Below, in pieces: positions 7,263-17,762 of a stretch of 64,000 bases of DNA. Numbering within the stretch: the stretch's first letter is position 1; each line of letters starts with the position of its first letter. A program made the position numbers and the translations under genes. The notes beneath the pieces are model-generated. The model saw only the letters and a program-made list of their open reading frames with translations. It had not been told where the DNA came from and made no database searches. The stretch lies in IMG/VR virus record IMGVR_UViG_3300042892_005961, positions 62,001-126,000 of that record; one strand, 5' to 3'.

Positions 7263-8930
7263 TTAATTTTTATACATAACATAATTACCCATTACTAATA
7301 TATCCATATCAGTATCAAAGAAAGTGTCGACGGCATCTTTAGGTGTCAACACCATTGTCTTATCTTTAACATTGAATGAGGTATTCAGTAAAATTGGATA
7401 ACCACTTAATTTTTCAAATTCATTTAGTAAATCATGAATTACAGTGTGTTTATAAACTGTTTGAACTCTCGCACTACCGTCTACATGAGTAACAGCCGGT
7501 AATTTATCTCGATATTCTTCCTTTACTTTAACAACTTGATTCATATAAGGAACATCATCCGTCATCTCGAAGAATTGATCTTGTTTCTCTTTGGTTACCA
7601 TTGGGGCAAATGGTCTAAAACCTTCTCTTTTCTTAATTACCTTATTAATTCTATCTTTCATATTTGGTAATGTTGGATTTGCTAATATTGATCTATTACC
7701 CAACGCTCTTGATCCGAATTCTATATGACCATTAAACCATCCAACAACCTTACCTTCAAATAATTTTTGTGCAATGTGTGTTCTTAATTTATTTTCAGAT
7801 TCAAACTTTTTAAAGTTCTTGGTGCCAATTGCTCGTCTAATATCATCTAAATAATATTCAGGACCTAAAAATGGATTTCTTGTAATTTTACTTCTTACTT
7901 TACGTTCTTTAACTAAGTAATGAACCACAGCACCTATTGCCGACCCTGCGTCAGATGGTGCGGGTGGAATCCAAAGATGATTGAAGTGTGACTTATCAAT
8001 AATTTTACCGTTAGCAGTTCCGTTATAAGCACAACCACCACTTAATGTTAAGTTTGGGCTTTTACTTACGTGTCTAATTGATTTGATAATCTCAAACAAT
8101 ACCTCTTCATATCTTAATTGAACCGCAGCTGCCAAATCTTTATGTGTTTGTTCTAATGTTTCTTCAGGTAATCTTTGTGGAACACTTAATAGTTCCGCAA
8201 GTTTCTCATTAAACATAGACTTATCGGTCTTATTCCAACAAAATACATCCATATTACACACTAACTTACCACTTTTAAATGAAATCAAATCACGTACCTC
8301 TTTAATATACTTTTGAGGGTCACCGTAAGATGCTAATCCCATTACCTTATATTCACCTTCATTTGGTCTAAACCCTAAATAAGAGGTTAATGCGGAGTAA
8401 TAAAGACCCATTGAATGTGGATACTTTGCAAGTGAACTATATTTGATTCCATTGTAATCGGCAACTCCTAATGACACCGTATCAATCTCACCCACACCGT
8501 CAACTGATAAACAAGTTGATTCCTCAAAATGTGATGTATAATGTGCATAATACTGATGAGCTTCATGATGTGTTGAATAAAACACCGTGGAACAAATCTC
8601 TTTTAATTTCTTATCAATTTCTTTTACGTTATTACGTATTTTAAAATAGGACTTTAACGAATATATTGGATTCTTAAACCATTGAGGTTTAATGTTTTCC
8701 ATTACTCGTTGGTATTTTAATTGTGGATCTTCATAATAACAAACCGCCTGTAAGTTCTTAGGTGTAATCTTATATTGTTTATAGATATATTCCAACGCTT
8801 TGGTTGGGAACGAATCATCATGTTTAATACCTGTGAATTTTTCTTCTTCACAAGCGAATATCAATTGGTTATCTCTGAATAAACAAACAGATGAATCGTG
8901 ATAAAATGCGGATATACCTATTATATACAT
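7263..8930 (-). CDS. Carbamoyltransferase (NodU/CmcH/TobZ family)
   Basis: GISAFYHDSS, HHEAH, DGVGE, EGEYKVMGLASYG, LSGGCAYN, PAPSDAGSAIGA, EFGSRALGNRSILA, RPFAP, HVDGSARVQTV, LLNTSFN. Confidence 0.95.
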   Translation of the reverse strand: MYIIGISAFYHDSSVCLFRDNQLIFACEEEKFTGIKHDDSFPTKALEYIYKQYKITPKNLQAVCYYEDPQLKYQRVMENIKPQWFKNPIYSLKSYFKIRNNVKEIDKKLKEICSTVFYSTHHEAHQYYAHYTSHFEESTCLSVDGVGEIDTVSLGVADYNGIKYSSLAKYPHSMGLYYSALTSYLGFRPNEGEYKVMGLASYGDPQKYIKEVRDLISFKSGKLVCNMDVFCWNKTDKSMFNEKLAELLSVPQRLPEETLEQTHKDLAAAVQLRYEEVLFEIIKSIRHVSKSPNLTLSGGCAYNGTANGKIIDKSHFNHLWIPPAPSDAGSAIGAVVHYLVKERKVRSKITRNPFLGPEYYLDDIRRAIGTKNFKKFESENKLRTHIAQKLFEGKVVGWFNGHIEFGSRALGNRSILANPTLPNMKDRINKVIKKREGFRPFAPMVTKEKQDQFFEMTDDVPYMNQVVKVKEEYRDKLPAVTHVDGSARVQTVYKHTVIHDLLNEFEKLSGYPILLNTSFNVKDKTMVLTPKDAVDTFFDTDMDILVMGNYVMYKN

Positions 8931-8933
8931 TAC

Positions 8934-9683
8934 TTACTTTTTATACAAAACCCTTTTTAATTGTTCGGGTCCTATGTGTCTTATTGGGTTATGAACTCCT
9001 AAAGGGTTTGGTGAAAATACATCCTCCATACTAAACTTCATTGCGGTTTCAATATCAGCAACTCCGTTCCCCTCCATATACTTCATAAAATAAATATCCT
9101 CTAAAATATCTTCAGTAATTGGATTATTTTCACAAATTTCAATCATTTTACTAACTGTTCTTAATGATAATCCCCCGTTTCCAACCCATTGATTTTCTTT
9201 GGGTTTTCTCCACGGTGCACCTACATAATCATATTCTAAAAAATCATCTATTCCGCTCCTTAATAATAAGGAATCTGTTTGGAAGATTAAAGCCTTAGTC
9301 CCTTTTACTTGTCTCCAAAACTCAACACTTTCCATATATCTACTATGTTCAGTATGATTAAAGTTATCAATTCCAATATTTGTTAAAACCACATTACCTA
9401 AACTTAACTTAATGTTTTCGACCAATTCTTTATTTTGATTACCGTGAAATATTTGTAACCCCCATTTGATAGGTGAATTTGTTTCATTTAAATAAAACAT
9501 TGTTGATTTAATAACGGTTAACAGATCGGGATGAACTCTGGGTTCTATAATGACCGCATAATAATCTGTTTCCGTTGAGATATGTGGGATATATCCAACG
9601 TGTTTCACATATTCTTCGGTTAGGAACTGTTCCCAAATCTTTTTAGATTCTTCGTTTGATTTCGTCATATATGTGTTTTGCAA
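8934..9683 (-). CDS. DUF5672-like putative glycosyltransferase
   Basis: IIEPRVHP, LIFQTDS, YDYVGAPW, VGNGGLSLR, EDIYF. The real start may be the second Met. Confidence 0.65.
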   Translation of the reverse strand: MQNTYMTKSNEESKKIWEQFLTEEYVKHVGYIPHISTETDYYAVIIEPRVHPDLLTVIKSTMFYLNETNSPIKWGLQIFHGNQNKELVENIKLSLGNVVLTNIGIDNFNHTEHSRYMESVEFWRQVKGTKALIFQTDSLLLRSGIDDFLEYDYVGAPWRKPKENQWVGNGGLSLRTVSKMIEICENNPITEDILEDIYFMKYMEGNGVADIETAMKFSMEDVFSPNPLGVHNPIRHIGPEQLKRVLYKK

Positions 9684-10266
9684 TTATTTTATACCCGTTT
9701 AGATTTGGATGGTAATCTCCTTCATAGAAGTTCTTTTCATCGTTCCATACACTCCTACTACCATATTCCCACACACCGATATTATTTTTAATTTCGTATT
9801 TTCTTAATACATCAGATACGCACCCATCTGGATTTATAAAATATTCAGGTAATTTTTTTGTATCAACATCCTCTTCTCTAAATGACGGATAGAAAGAATT
9901 AAAATAAAAATGTTTATACCCTTCTAATAGTTCTTCCATTAATAGATATATCTCAACCACGTTGTGAATATCTTTTGATTTATAACGATATGGATACGAT
10001 AGCATTATAATTACTATATCGTCTTTGTTTATAAATCCATTCTCAACCGTTTCTTTAAGATCTTTTAAAATATATTCATTACCATAACCACAAACACCTA
10101 AATTGACATATTCACACTTCAATTTATCAGATACCCATCTTGGCCAAGAGTTCATGTCTCTCAGTTTTTGGATAAACATATGTGGAAATGGTTCTTCTTT
10201 ATATTTTACATCTGTTTCAATTCCATGTCCTGCAGTCCAACTATCACCAAACGTAATTAATCTCAT
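9643..10266 (-). CDS. SGNH-like protein
   Basis: TFGDSWTAG, NLGVCGYGN, DYHPNLNGY. Confidence 0.65.
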   Translation of the reverse strand: MRLITFGDSWTAGHGIETDVKYKEEPFPHMFIQKLRDMNSWPRWVSDKLKCEYVNLGVCGYGNEYILKDLKETVENGFINKDDIVIIMLSYPYRYKSKDIHNVVEIYLLMEELLEGYKHFYFNSFYPSFREEDVDTKKLPEYFINPDGCVSDVLRKYEIKNNIGVWEYGSRSVWNDEKNFYEGDYHPNLNGYKIIAKHIYDEIKRRI

Positions 10267-11006
10267 TATATATTTTTTATGATATGGTTATAGAAATAGT
10301 CCGCTTGATTTTTGTGTCCGAACTCTCCCATATGGTCATCAATTACAACACCATTAGTTTCTTCAACAATTCTTGCCTTAAGAACTCCATCAAAGAACAT
10401 TGGTAAGTTTAAATAACCCAACAAGTTTGTTTTGCTACTTTCATTATCTCTTACAACAATACATTTTTTATCATCCTCTTGAATATTATGTTGATTGAAT
10501 ATTGTCTCGTCGGCCGTCCAATAAAAATTATGTGCACCGATGTTATTTAAATATACATTTATAAATCTCATCCATTGGTTTACTTCTAACGCCCATAAAG
10601 GATGAGATCTATTATACATTATTTCTTCTATTGTTCTTTTTGAAAATCCAGTTCCACCAAAATTATTTTCCGAAACTAATATTTGTGTAAAAATATTTTC
10701 ATCTAAATTTACAGATATAAATCTTGTAAGGTTTGTCCATCCAAACACCACAATATCATCTTGTTTTATTAACTCACATACATTAATGAACTGATTGAAA
10801 ATGTTGTAATTAGATGAACCCCCAACGGCACAATTCATTACCTTACAGTTTAATCTTTCCCCAAGTATGGTCGGCCAAACTGGTGGTAAATTACCTCCTC
10901 TCCATTTTTTATATTTATCAAAATCATTTTCAAATGGAAAAAATATTCCATCAATTGGGTCGTACTCCGCAGTAAAACTACATCCAAATGTCCAAAGTGT
11001 TCTCAT
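10266..11006 (-). CDS. SGNH-like protein
   Basis: TFGCSFTA, NCAVGGSSN, DDHMGEFG. Confidence 0.6.
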   Translation of the reverse strand: MRTLWTFGCSFTAEYDPIDGIFFPFENDFDKYKKWRGGNLPPVWPTILGERLNCKVMNCAVGGSSNYNIFNQFINVCELIKQDDIVVFGWTNLTRFISVNLDENIFTQILVSENNFGGTGFSKRTIEEIMYNRSHPLWALEVNQWMRFINVYLNNIGAHNFYWTADETIFNQHNIQEDDKKCIVVRDNESSKTNLLGYLNLPMFFDGVLKARIVEETNGVVIDDHMGEFGHKNQADYFYNHIIKNI

Positions 11007-12319
11007 TATATTAAACTTTCAAAAAATTGATAATCTTTTTCAACAATATTCAACATGTTCCATACTTTTTGTTTATTGTCTTCAAATCTTTGTTTATTGT
11101 TCTTATAGAACTCTTTAACTTGGTCTTGTATTCCGTCTAATCTTTTTATTTCTTCAACAAACATTTCTAATCTTCTCATTTGATTTGGTTCGTTGTCATA
11201 TGAATGATTAATAATATCATCAAAAAAATCAAAATTATATTTCTCTTTCATTGTTTTAATATGATATTGTGTTGCGAGTATCATTGGTAATTGATAATAA
11301 AAAAATGGTCTGTAAGATTTCTCACTAATATGTGTTACGAATAGGTCATCAAAAAATTTAGATTCGGTGACAATATTAATATATGAGTTTTCGTAGTTCA
11401 TTCCAAATTCGGGTATTCTCATCCACGAAGGAAAACCTTCTATGTTTGGTTCTTTAAATAAATTAAACCAATCTTTATTTTTTTCCATATCACTTCTCTT
11501 GAACTTAATATCGTTGAAAAAAATTATTTCATCTTTGAAATATTCTTTTTGTTCTCTTGTAAAAATTTTATCATAATAATGTCCTATTGGAAAACAATCG
11601 TATGGTGGTACCAAAGACCAATTAATTTTTTCTAATAGTCCTTCTTTTTTCAAAAAACATAACAAAGCGTATCTGTGATGTTTTGGTGTTTTATTAAAAC
11701 ACATAAACATTTTACCTTCCTTGTCATCAACCCAATTACATCCTCCTGCATTTGTCAATGAAAAATTAGACGAATGTGCAATGAAATGTAACGTATGTAC
11801 ATTTATTCCACTATTGTGTTTAATTTTAAGGTCATTCAACCTTTCATTATTATTAATTACGTAAAATTGTTTTGGGTCTAAATTTCTATGTTCAAGATAT
11901 TCTAATAATCTAATAAAACCGCTTTCATAATCCGGTTCGTGTTCTGTTATTATAATTACTTTTAAATTTTTACATTTTTGTAAACATTCAATAACCTCTT
12001 CACTTAATGGTGATTTTTCAAACTTCTCTGTGGCCTTTTCTTCATTCTCAACAAATAAATTTATTATATCGATATTACCGTGTGCAATTGGGTAATAAAA
12101 ATTTAAATCAGGTCTAAAATAAACTTCACTTAAATTGTGTGATTTAATTTCAAATTTATTTTGCTCCTTTGTTTCTATTTGAAAATGTAATAATAGATGT
12201 TGGAAATTAAATGTGAACCTATCTCCTCCATTGTATTTGAAGGTATTGGTTTCACTATCCCATCTATCATAACAAAGATTTAATATCTTGTTTTTTTCCT
12301 CCATAATAAATTGTGTCAT
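11006..12319 (-). CDS. GT-B glycosyltransferase, GT10 (fucosyltransferase)-like
   Basis: FMCFNKTPKHHR and YINIVTES...HISEKSYRPF...LP (GT10-type xEN/ES...TEK motif), DHSYD. Probable start at the second Met (MEEKNK). Confidence 0.55.
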   Translation of the reverse strand: MTQFIMEEKNKILNLCYDRWDSETNTFKYNGGDRFTFNFQHLLLHFQIETKEQNKFEIKSHNLSEVYFRPDLNFYYPIAHGNIDIINLFVENEEKATEKFEKSPLSEEVIECLQKCKNLKVIIITEHEPDYESGFIRLLEYLEHRNLDPKQFYVINNNERLNDLKIKHNSGINVHTLHFIAHSSNFSLTNAGGCNWVDDKEGKMFMCFNKTPKHHRYALLCFLKKEGLLEKINWSLVPPYDCFPIGHYYDKIFTREQKEYFKDEIIFFNDIKFKRSDMEKNKDWFNLFKEPNIEGFPSWMRIPEFGMNYENSYINIVTESKFFDDLFVTHISEKSYRPFFYYQLPMILATQYHIKTMKEKYNFDFFDDIINHSYDNEPNQMRRLEMFVEEIKRLDGIQDQVKEFYKNNKQRFEDNKQKVWNMLNIVEKDYQFFESLI

Positions 12320-13442
12320 TTAATTTTCTTTCTCTCCACGGATCCACAACAATACTACCTTCAGGAAATATTGTTTCATTAAAAATACCTCTATGTCCTA
12401 ATAAATAAACCGCCGGTTCTTCAATCTTATCAAAATCAACATTTTCTTTGTAAGTAAAGTTAACATAATAACCAACTAGTACTGAATATGAACCTTCCGT
12501 AAATTCCACACCTGGTTTATAACTTTTACCCATAATAATAATTGGTAAATTGTGTTGTCTTGCTTGTCTAACTAATTTATCGGCTAAGTTTTTCGCTTGA
12601 ACCTCTCTTGTTTTCATTATTGAATCAAATAAATCATATCCCAATCCAAATCTTTGTGAAAGATATCTTAATGCGATATTATCTCTTGGGTGACACGAAC
12701 CTCCGTCACCCATACCCGCTTTCATATATGCGGGACCTGTGATTCTATTGGTACTTCTTTCTAATGCTCCCGTTACTACATCTGTATTCATACTACCGTT
12801 TTTCTCGGCGATGTCTTGAATCATGTTAACCAAAGTTAATTTTGCTGATATAAACGTATTGTAAAATATTTTTATACCCTCCGCTTCATCCCAATTACCA
12901 ATTTCATATCTTGTGCCGTGTGTTACTATTGTATCATAAAAATCTTTCAATATTTTTGCATCCGTTGTTGTTGATCCGTCCTCAGTTCCAATTATAATCA
13001 TTTCAGGATTGACCATATCATGTTTAACGGTACCCATAGCAATTAGATATGGATTATAAATAAATCTATAATTTCTAACTAATGAATAAAATTGACTTCT
13101 TGTTGTACCGGGTAGTACTGTTGATATTAGTACCACCAATTGTGATTTATTTGTATACTCATTTAACTCATTTAAAATACCTTGTACAATTGTATAGTCA
13201 AAATCTTTTGGTGGTAATTGTGCCATTGGTTGACTACCATCATATGCTGGATCATGTGGTGTTGGTACCGCAATGAATATTATTTCTCTATCTTTACAAA
13301 CATCCTCTAAAGATGTTGTCATTGTAAATTTAGTATCGGTGACTAATTTTACATCATAACCTAACACATCGTGACCGGCTTCGTACATTACTTCAGCCGC
13401 ATCTTTACCTAATTTACCAATTCCAATAAATCCTACTTTCAT
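12267..13442 (-). CDS. ugd: UDP-glucose/GDP-mannose dehydrogenase family protein
   Basis: GFIGIGKLG, IAVPTP, STVLPGT, YNPYL, KIFYNTF, GDGGSCHPRD (catalytic Cys), GKSYKP. Confidence 0.85.
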   Translation of the reverse strand: MKVGFIGIGKLGKDAAEVMYEAGHDVLGYDVKLVTDTKFTMTTSLEDVCKDREIIFIAVPTPHDPAYDGSQPMAQLPPKDFDYTIVQGILNELNEYTNKSQLVVLISTVLPGTTRSQFYSLVRNYRFIYNPYLIAMGTVKHDMVNPEMIIIGTEDGSTTTDAKILKDFYDTIVTHGTRYEIGNWDEAEGIKIFYNTFISAKLTLVNMIQDIAEKNGSMNTDVVTGALERSTNRITGPAYMKAGMGDGGSCHPRDNIALRYLSQRFGLGYDLFDSIMKTREVQAKNLADKLVRQARQHNLPIIIMGKSYKPGVEFTEGSYSVLVGYYVNFTYKENVDFDKIEEPAVYLLGHRGIFNETIFPEGSIVVDPWRERKLNDTIYYGGKKQDIKSLL

Positions 13443-13448
13443 ATTATA

Positions 13449-14723
13449 TTATATTTTATTTAAGTCAGACCATATCTCGTCTAATACATCGGATATGTCT
13501 TTGTTTATTTCCATTTCACTATATTTTAAATCATATAGTTCTCTATACTTCAATTGATTGTGTTGACATACTTCTTTCATTTCATTTCTCATCTGATGAA
13601 GTTGTTCCGTTGACAATTCACTCAATCTTTTTAATTCTTTTGATATCATTATAGATCGTTGATCTCTATTTGGTTCATTATCGTAATTCTCATCAAACCA
13701 TTTGTCAAATGTTCTATAACCCTTCTCTTTAAGATATTTCAATGAGTATTGATTACCGTACAATAAGAATGGATGTCCGACCATTAATGGTTTCCAAATT
13801 TTCTCTGAGAAGAATAAAGTGCCGTCGTCAACCAATGATTCTGTAACCATTGAAAGGAATGTTCTCTCATAATCTTCTTTAGTTATATTAACCGCCAAAT
13901 TATAATTCAAATCGTATCTATGATCAATAATAAATGGTGCGTTATCTTTTAAATAATTTAAATGATCTTGATTTAAATAATCGGGTATAGGTTCTCTTAA
14001 TTTATTTAAACTTACTAATCCCTTATCAAAAACACCGTATTCTAATAAATGTGTTAAGAACACTAATCTCTGTGGTCTTGGATTTCTATTATATGATAAA
14101 AATAAATATCTATTATCAATTGGTTTAAAATCAACTGGTGTCATTTCATCATACCTATTCCAAGGTTCAAACGAATGTGTCGGTCTTGCTTGAAAACCTA
14201 ATTCTCTTTCTTTAACAAGTTGGTCAGATATTAGATTACCACAGATTAAATAAACTGAATTAATGGGGAAATCCATATCTTTTCTCCATTTTTCCAAAAT
14301 TTCTAAATCATGATTACCATATGATCCCGAATATCCTTCAAATAAGTAAATTAAGACTATTTTAGACTTTCCATTTCTCACATCATCAATGTATTGTTTT
14401 GACATACACTTAAATCCTATGTCAAAGTTTTCCACAAAAAAATGTAGGTTCCAAACATTAATAATGTATATATGTGGTTGATTATCAATGTTTTCTATTG
14501 GTGTGTATTCAATATCTTTAGAGTAATTAGGGGTTATGATTCCCTTGAATCTTCCGTTATCAAAAAGATCACCGTCTTCACTAAATATATTCCACATACC
14601 CCACATTAAAGGTCTGTGCAATTCCTTTAATTCATTAAGATACCACGTCTTTGATGAACCGTTAGGTCTATAGTAATTAATAATACTATCCCATTGTTCT
14701 AAACTGCAAATGATTTTACCCAT
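13449..14723 (-). CDS. GT10-like glycosyltransferase paralog
   Basis: FLSYNRNPRPQR, SMVTES...FFSEKIWKPL...HPF, DENYD. Confidence 0.55.
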   Translation of the reverse strand: MGKIICSLEQWDSIINYYRPNGSSKTWYLNELKELHRPLMWGMWNIFSEDGDLFDNGRFKGIITPNYSKDIEYTPIENIDNQPHIYIINVWNLHFFVENFDIGFKCMSKQYIDDVRNGKSKIVLIYLFEGYSGSYGNHDLEILEKWRKDMDFPINSVYLICGNLISDQLVKERELGFQARPTHSFEPWNRYDEMTPVDFKPIDNRYLFLSYNRNPRPQRLVFLTHLLEYGVFDKGLVSLNKLREPIPDYLNQDHLNYLKDNAPFIIDHRYDLNYNLAVNITKEDYERTFLSMVTESLVDDGTLFFSEKIWKPLMVGHPFLLYGNQYSLKYLKEKGYRTFDKWFDENYDNEPNRDQRSIMISKELKRLSELSTEQLHQMRNEMKEVCQHNQLKYRELYDLKYSEMEINKDISDVLDEIWSDLNKI

Positions 14724-14764
14724 AAATTATTATGAAATATAAATAAAAAAAACCATAATAACAA

Positions 14765-14795
14765 TTTGTAATTCATTATTTTTTTTGTATATTTT
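14765..14795 (+). promoter_or_regulatory. Candidate Bacteroidota-type promoter TTTG-N19-TATATTTT for the + strand cassette
   Basis: Lies in the divergent gap 14724-14799; matches the TTTG(-33)/TAnnTTTG(-7) consensus with one mismatch and ends 4 nt before ATG 14800. Confidence 0.5.
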
Positions 14796-14799
14796 ATAT

Positions 14800-15771
14800 A
14801 TGAAAATATTAATAACCGGAGGGGCCGGATACCTTGGATCGGTAATTACGGGAAAAATGTTGTCTGAAGGACACGAAGTTGTTGTTCTTGACAAGTTAAT
14901 CTTTAATCAGGTTTCTCTTTTATCATACACCTCAAATCCTAAATTTAAATTTATACATGGTGATGTTCGTAACGTAACCTTATTAGAAAGACTTTGTAAT
15001 GAGTGTGATGTTATAATTCCATTGGCCGCAATTGTAGGGTTTCCAGCATGTGCGTCAGAACCTGAATTGGCGAAAGAAATTAATTTTCAACAAATAGTTA
15101 ATATTGTCAAATTTACAAATGGTAAAAATAAAAAGATATTATATCCAAATACAAATAGTGGGTATGGATTAGGGACGGGACAATTGGAATGTACTGAGGA
15201 ATCTCCATTAACTCCAATATCTGTTTATGGACAAACTAAATGTGAAGCCGAAAACTTTTTAAAAAATTGTACCGATGCGATAATTTTTAGATTAGCAACT
15301 GTATTTGGTGTTTCTCCTCGTATGAGAACTGATTTACTAGTGAACGATTTTACATACAAAGCAATAACTGACAAATATATTGTTGTATTTGAAAAGAATT
15401 TTAAACGTAATTTCATTCACATTCAAGATGTTGCATCGGTTTTCTTATTTATGTTAGAAAATTATGATCTACATAAGGGTGAAATTTTTAATGTCGGTTT
15501 AAGTAATGCTAATTTATCTAAACAAGAATTACTTGAGAGAATACAAACTCATGTAAAGAACTTTGCGGTTTCATATAATGATTATTATGAAGATCCAGAT
15601 AAAAGAGATTATATTGTATCAAATGATAAAATAGAATCAATCGGATGGTTTCCTAAATGGACTATCGATATGGGTATTGAAGAATTAATAATGGCTTACC
15701 AAATGATAGTACCAAGAATGGGTGCTGAATTTAGAAATGGATTTCCATTAGGATACGCAAATCAAACATAA
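14800..15771 (+). CDS. NAD-dependent epimerase/dehydratase (extended SDR)
   Basis: MKILITGGAGYLGS, PLAAIVG, YGQTK (YxxxK), RLATVFG, RNFIHIQDVA. ATG 14800 is preferred over the TTG start at 14785. Confidence 0.9.
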   Translation: MKILITGGAGYLGSVITGKMLSEGHEVVVLDKLIFNQVSLLSYTSNPKFKFIHGDVRNVTLLERLCNECDVIIPLAAIVGFPACASEPELAKEINFQQIVNIVKFTNGKNKKILYPNTNSGYGLGTGQLECTEESPLTPISVYGQTKCEAENFLKNCTDAIIFRLATVFGVSPRMRTDLLVNDFTYKAITDKYIVVFEKNFKRNFIHIQDVASVFLFMLENYDLHKGEIFNVGLSNANLSKQELLERIQTHVKNFAVSYNDYYEDPDKRDYIVSNDKIESIGWFPKWTIDMGIEELIMAYQMIVPRMGAEFRNGFPLGYANQT

Positions 15772-15772
15772 T

Positions 15773-16588
15773 ATGGATTTATCAAAATATAAATATTTTT
15801 ATGTAAATGGGTCATCATACTGTGAAGGTGGTGGTTTAGAGGAACCTGAAATAAGAGATGATAGTGTTATTCCTGAATATCAAAAACAATTTGGGGTTAC
15901 TTGGTCAGATAGATCTGAAGTTAATTTTGGTAAACGATTATCTGATATAATTGGAATACCCTGTATTAATGAGGCTAAGTGCGGTGGTGGGATGGAAAGG
16001 TTGGTTAGAAAGACATATGATTTTATTGATACTCATTGGTACGAAAAAGATGAGTTTTTTTTAATATTGGAAAAACCTGATTCAACAAGATTTGAATTTT
16101 ACTTTAACGAAATTAAAGATTATTATATTGCTAACTCCGTTTTTAAAAATGAAGACTATAACCTTGAATTTTCTTACGCTACAAGATCGTATAATAATAA
16201 ATTACTAAATGAATTTGATAAAAAATATCAAGATAAATTCAAACAATACTTTTTAGATTTTTTTAATTTAGAAGAAAACATTAAAAAGAATGAACTACAA
16301 TTTGTTGGTTTATACTCTTTTTGTAAATTGAATAATATTAAGGTATTTGTTATGTCTCCTAATAACATATATTTTAAAAGATGTTTTAATAGTGAAGACA
16401 TAATTTCATTCACAAAATATAATATTGGTGATGATATCGCTGGATGGTGTAAAAATAATAATTTATTAATTAAAGATGAAATTGGTAATGAGTTTAATGA
16501 TTTTCATCCTGGTTATTTCGGTCATTTAGAATATGCTAAGGAGCTTGCTAAATTTTTAGAAAAAAAAGAAAATAAAAAATTAATATGA
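15773..16588 (+). CDS. SGNH-like protein
   Basis: VNGSSYCEG, NEAKCGGG, DFHPGYFG. Confidence 0.55.
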   Translation: MDLSKYKYFYVNGSSYCEGGGLEEPEIRDDSVIPEYQKQFGVTWSDRSEVNFGKRLSDIIGIPCINEAKCGGGMERLVRKTYDFIDTHWYEKDEFFLILEKPDSTRFEFYFNEIKDYYIANSVFKNEDYNLEFSYATRSYNNKLLNEFDKKYQDKFKQYFLDFFNLEENIKKNELQFVGLYSFCKLNNIKVFVMSPNNIYFKRCFNSEDIISFTKYNIGDDIAGWCKNNNLLIKDEIGNEFNDFHPGYFGHLEYAKELAKFLEKKENKKLI

Positions 16589-17130
16589 GTAATAAATGGG
16601 ATGAGTTCATAGAAACTCCGTCAAAAAAATTCGGGTACCAAGTACCTATGTTTACACCTTCAATTTATAGAGAATATAGAGGTGAGATATTCACTACATT
16701 TCATAGTGAAGAACATCCTGTGATGAAACATATTCATTATGAGAAATCTGAAATTAGTATTCACGGTAGATTCTCAAAATCATACAAGGGAGTGTTAAGA
16801 GGTCTACATTACGATAATAAAACTTGGAAATTAGTACAAGCTGCAGTTGGTGATATATATTTAATAGTATTAGATATGAGACCAACGTCAGACACATTCG
16901 GTGAATGGGAATCCTTTATGATTACCGAGAAAGATAGAAATCAAGTATTGGTTCCGCCAGGTTTTGCGAACGGTCATTACGCGTTAACCGATTGTATGTT
17001 CCATTATAACCTATTTTATAAAGATGGTTATGTGGATGCAAATGAACAAGGTGTTGTTAAATGGAACGATCCTGAATATCAAATGGAATGGCCAACAAAT
17101 AATCCAATATTACAAAAAAGAGACAGATGA
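16585..17130 (+). CDS. rmlC: dTDP-4-dehydrorhamnose 3,5-epimerase family (RmlC-like cupin)
   Basis: EYRGEIF, SKSYKGVLRGLHY, KLVQ...G, DMRPTS, VPPGFANGH, WNDP...WP. Confidence 0.85.
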   Translation: MSNKWDEFIETPSKKFGYQVPMFTPSIYREYRGEIFTTFHSEEHPVMKHIHYEKSEISIHGRFSKSYKGVLRGLHYDNKTWKLVQAAVGDIYLIVLDMRPTSDTFGEWESFMITEKDRNQVLVPPGFANGHYALTDCMFHYNLFYKDGYVDANEQGVVKWNDPEYQMEWPTNNPILQKRDR

Positions 17131-17762
17131 TTAAAAATTTAAACGATGAATTACCAATTGTTAGAGACGCACAATATACAGTTGAGGATTTAATAAAATA
17201 TGAAAAAATGATTGCTGACCATTGGGAAGCTGGTAGAATAAAAGGACCAGTTCATCTTAGTGGTGGTAATGAATCGGAATTACTTGAAATTGGTAAAAGA
17301 ATTAAAACCACTGATTGGGTATTCTCAACATGGAGGTCACATTATCACGCATTAATCAAAGGTGTGTCTCCCGTTTGGTTAGAACAAGAGATTCTTGAAG
17401 GTCGTTCTATAACTATTGTTAGTAAAGAAGATAGATTCTATTCATCTGCAATTGTTGGTGCAATCATACCAATTGCAACAGGTGTGGCATTAGCAAATAA
17501 AAGAGACGGTAAAGATGATAAAGTTTGGTGTTTTATTGGTGACATGGCATTTGAAACTGGTGGTTTTTATGAAATGCACAAATACGCTCAACGTTATGAT
17601 TTACCAATACGTTTTGTTGTTGAGGATAATGGTGTATCAACAAACACCCCTACAGAAGAAACGTGGAACGGAATAAAAAGAGATGTCCCAAGTGATGTTA
17701 TTTGGTATGAATATAAAAAAGAGTGGCCGCACTACGGAACAGGAAAATGGGTGATTTTTTAA
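17127..17762 (+). CDS. TPP-dependent dehydrogenase E1-alpha-like subunit (short)
   Basis: GPVHLSGGNE, STWRSHYH, IVGAIIPIATG, TPP-binding GDM...EDN motif. Only 211 aa. Confidence 0.85.
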   Translation: MIKNLNDELPIVRDAQYTVEDLIKYEKMIADHWEAGRIKGPVHLSGGNESELLEIGKRIKTTDWVFSTWRSHYHALIKGVSPVWLEQEILEGRSITIVSKEDRFYSSAIVGAIIPIATGVALANKRDGKDDKVWCFIGDMAFETGGFYEMHKYAQRYDLPIRFVVEDNGVSTNTPTEETWNGIKRDVPSDVIWYEYKKEWPHYGTGKWVIF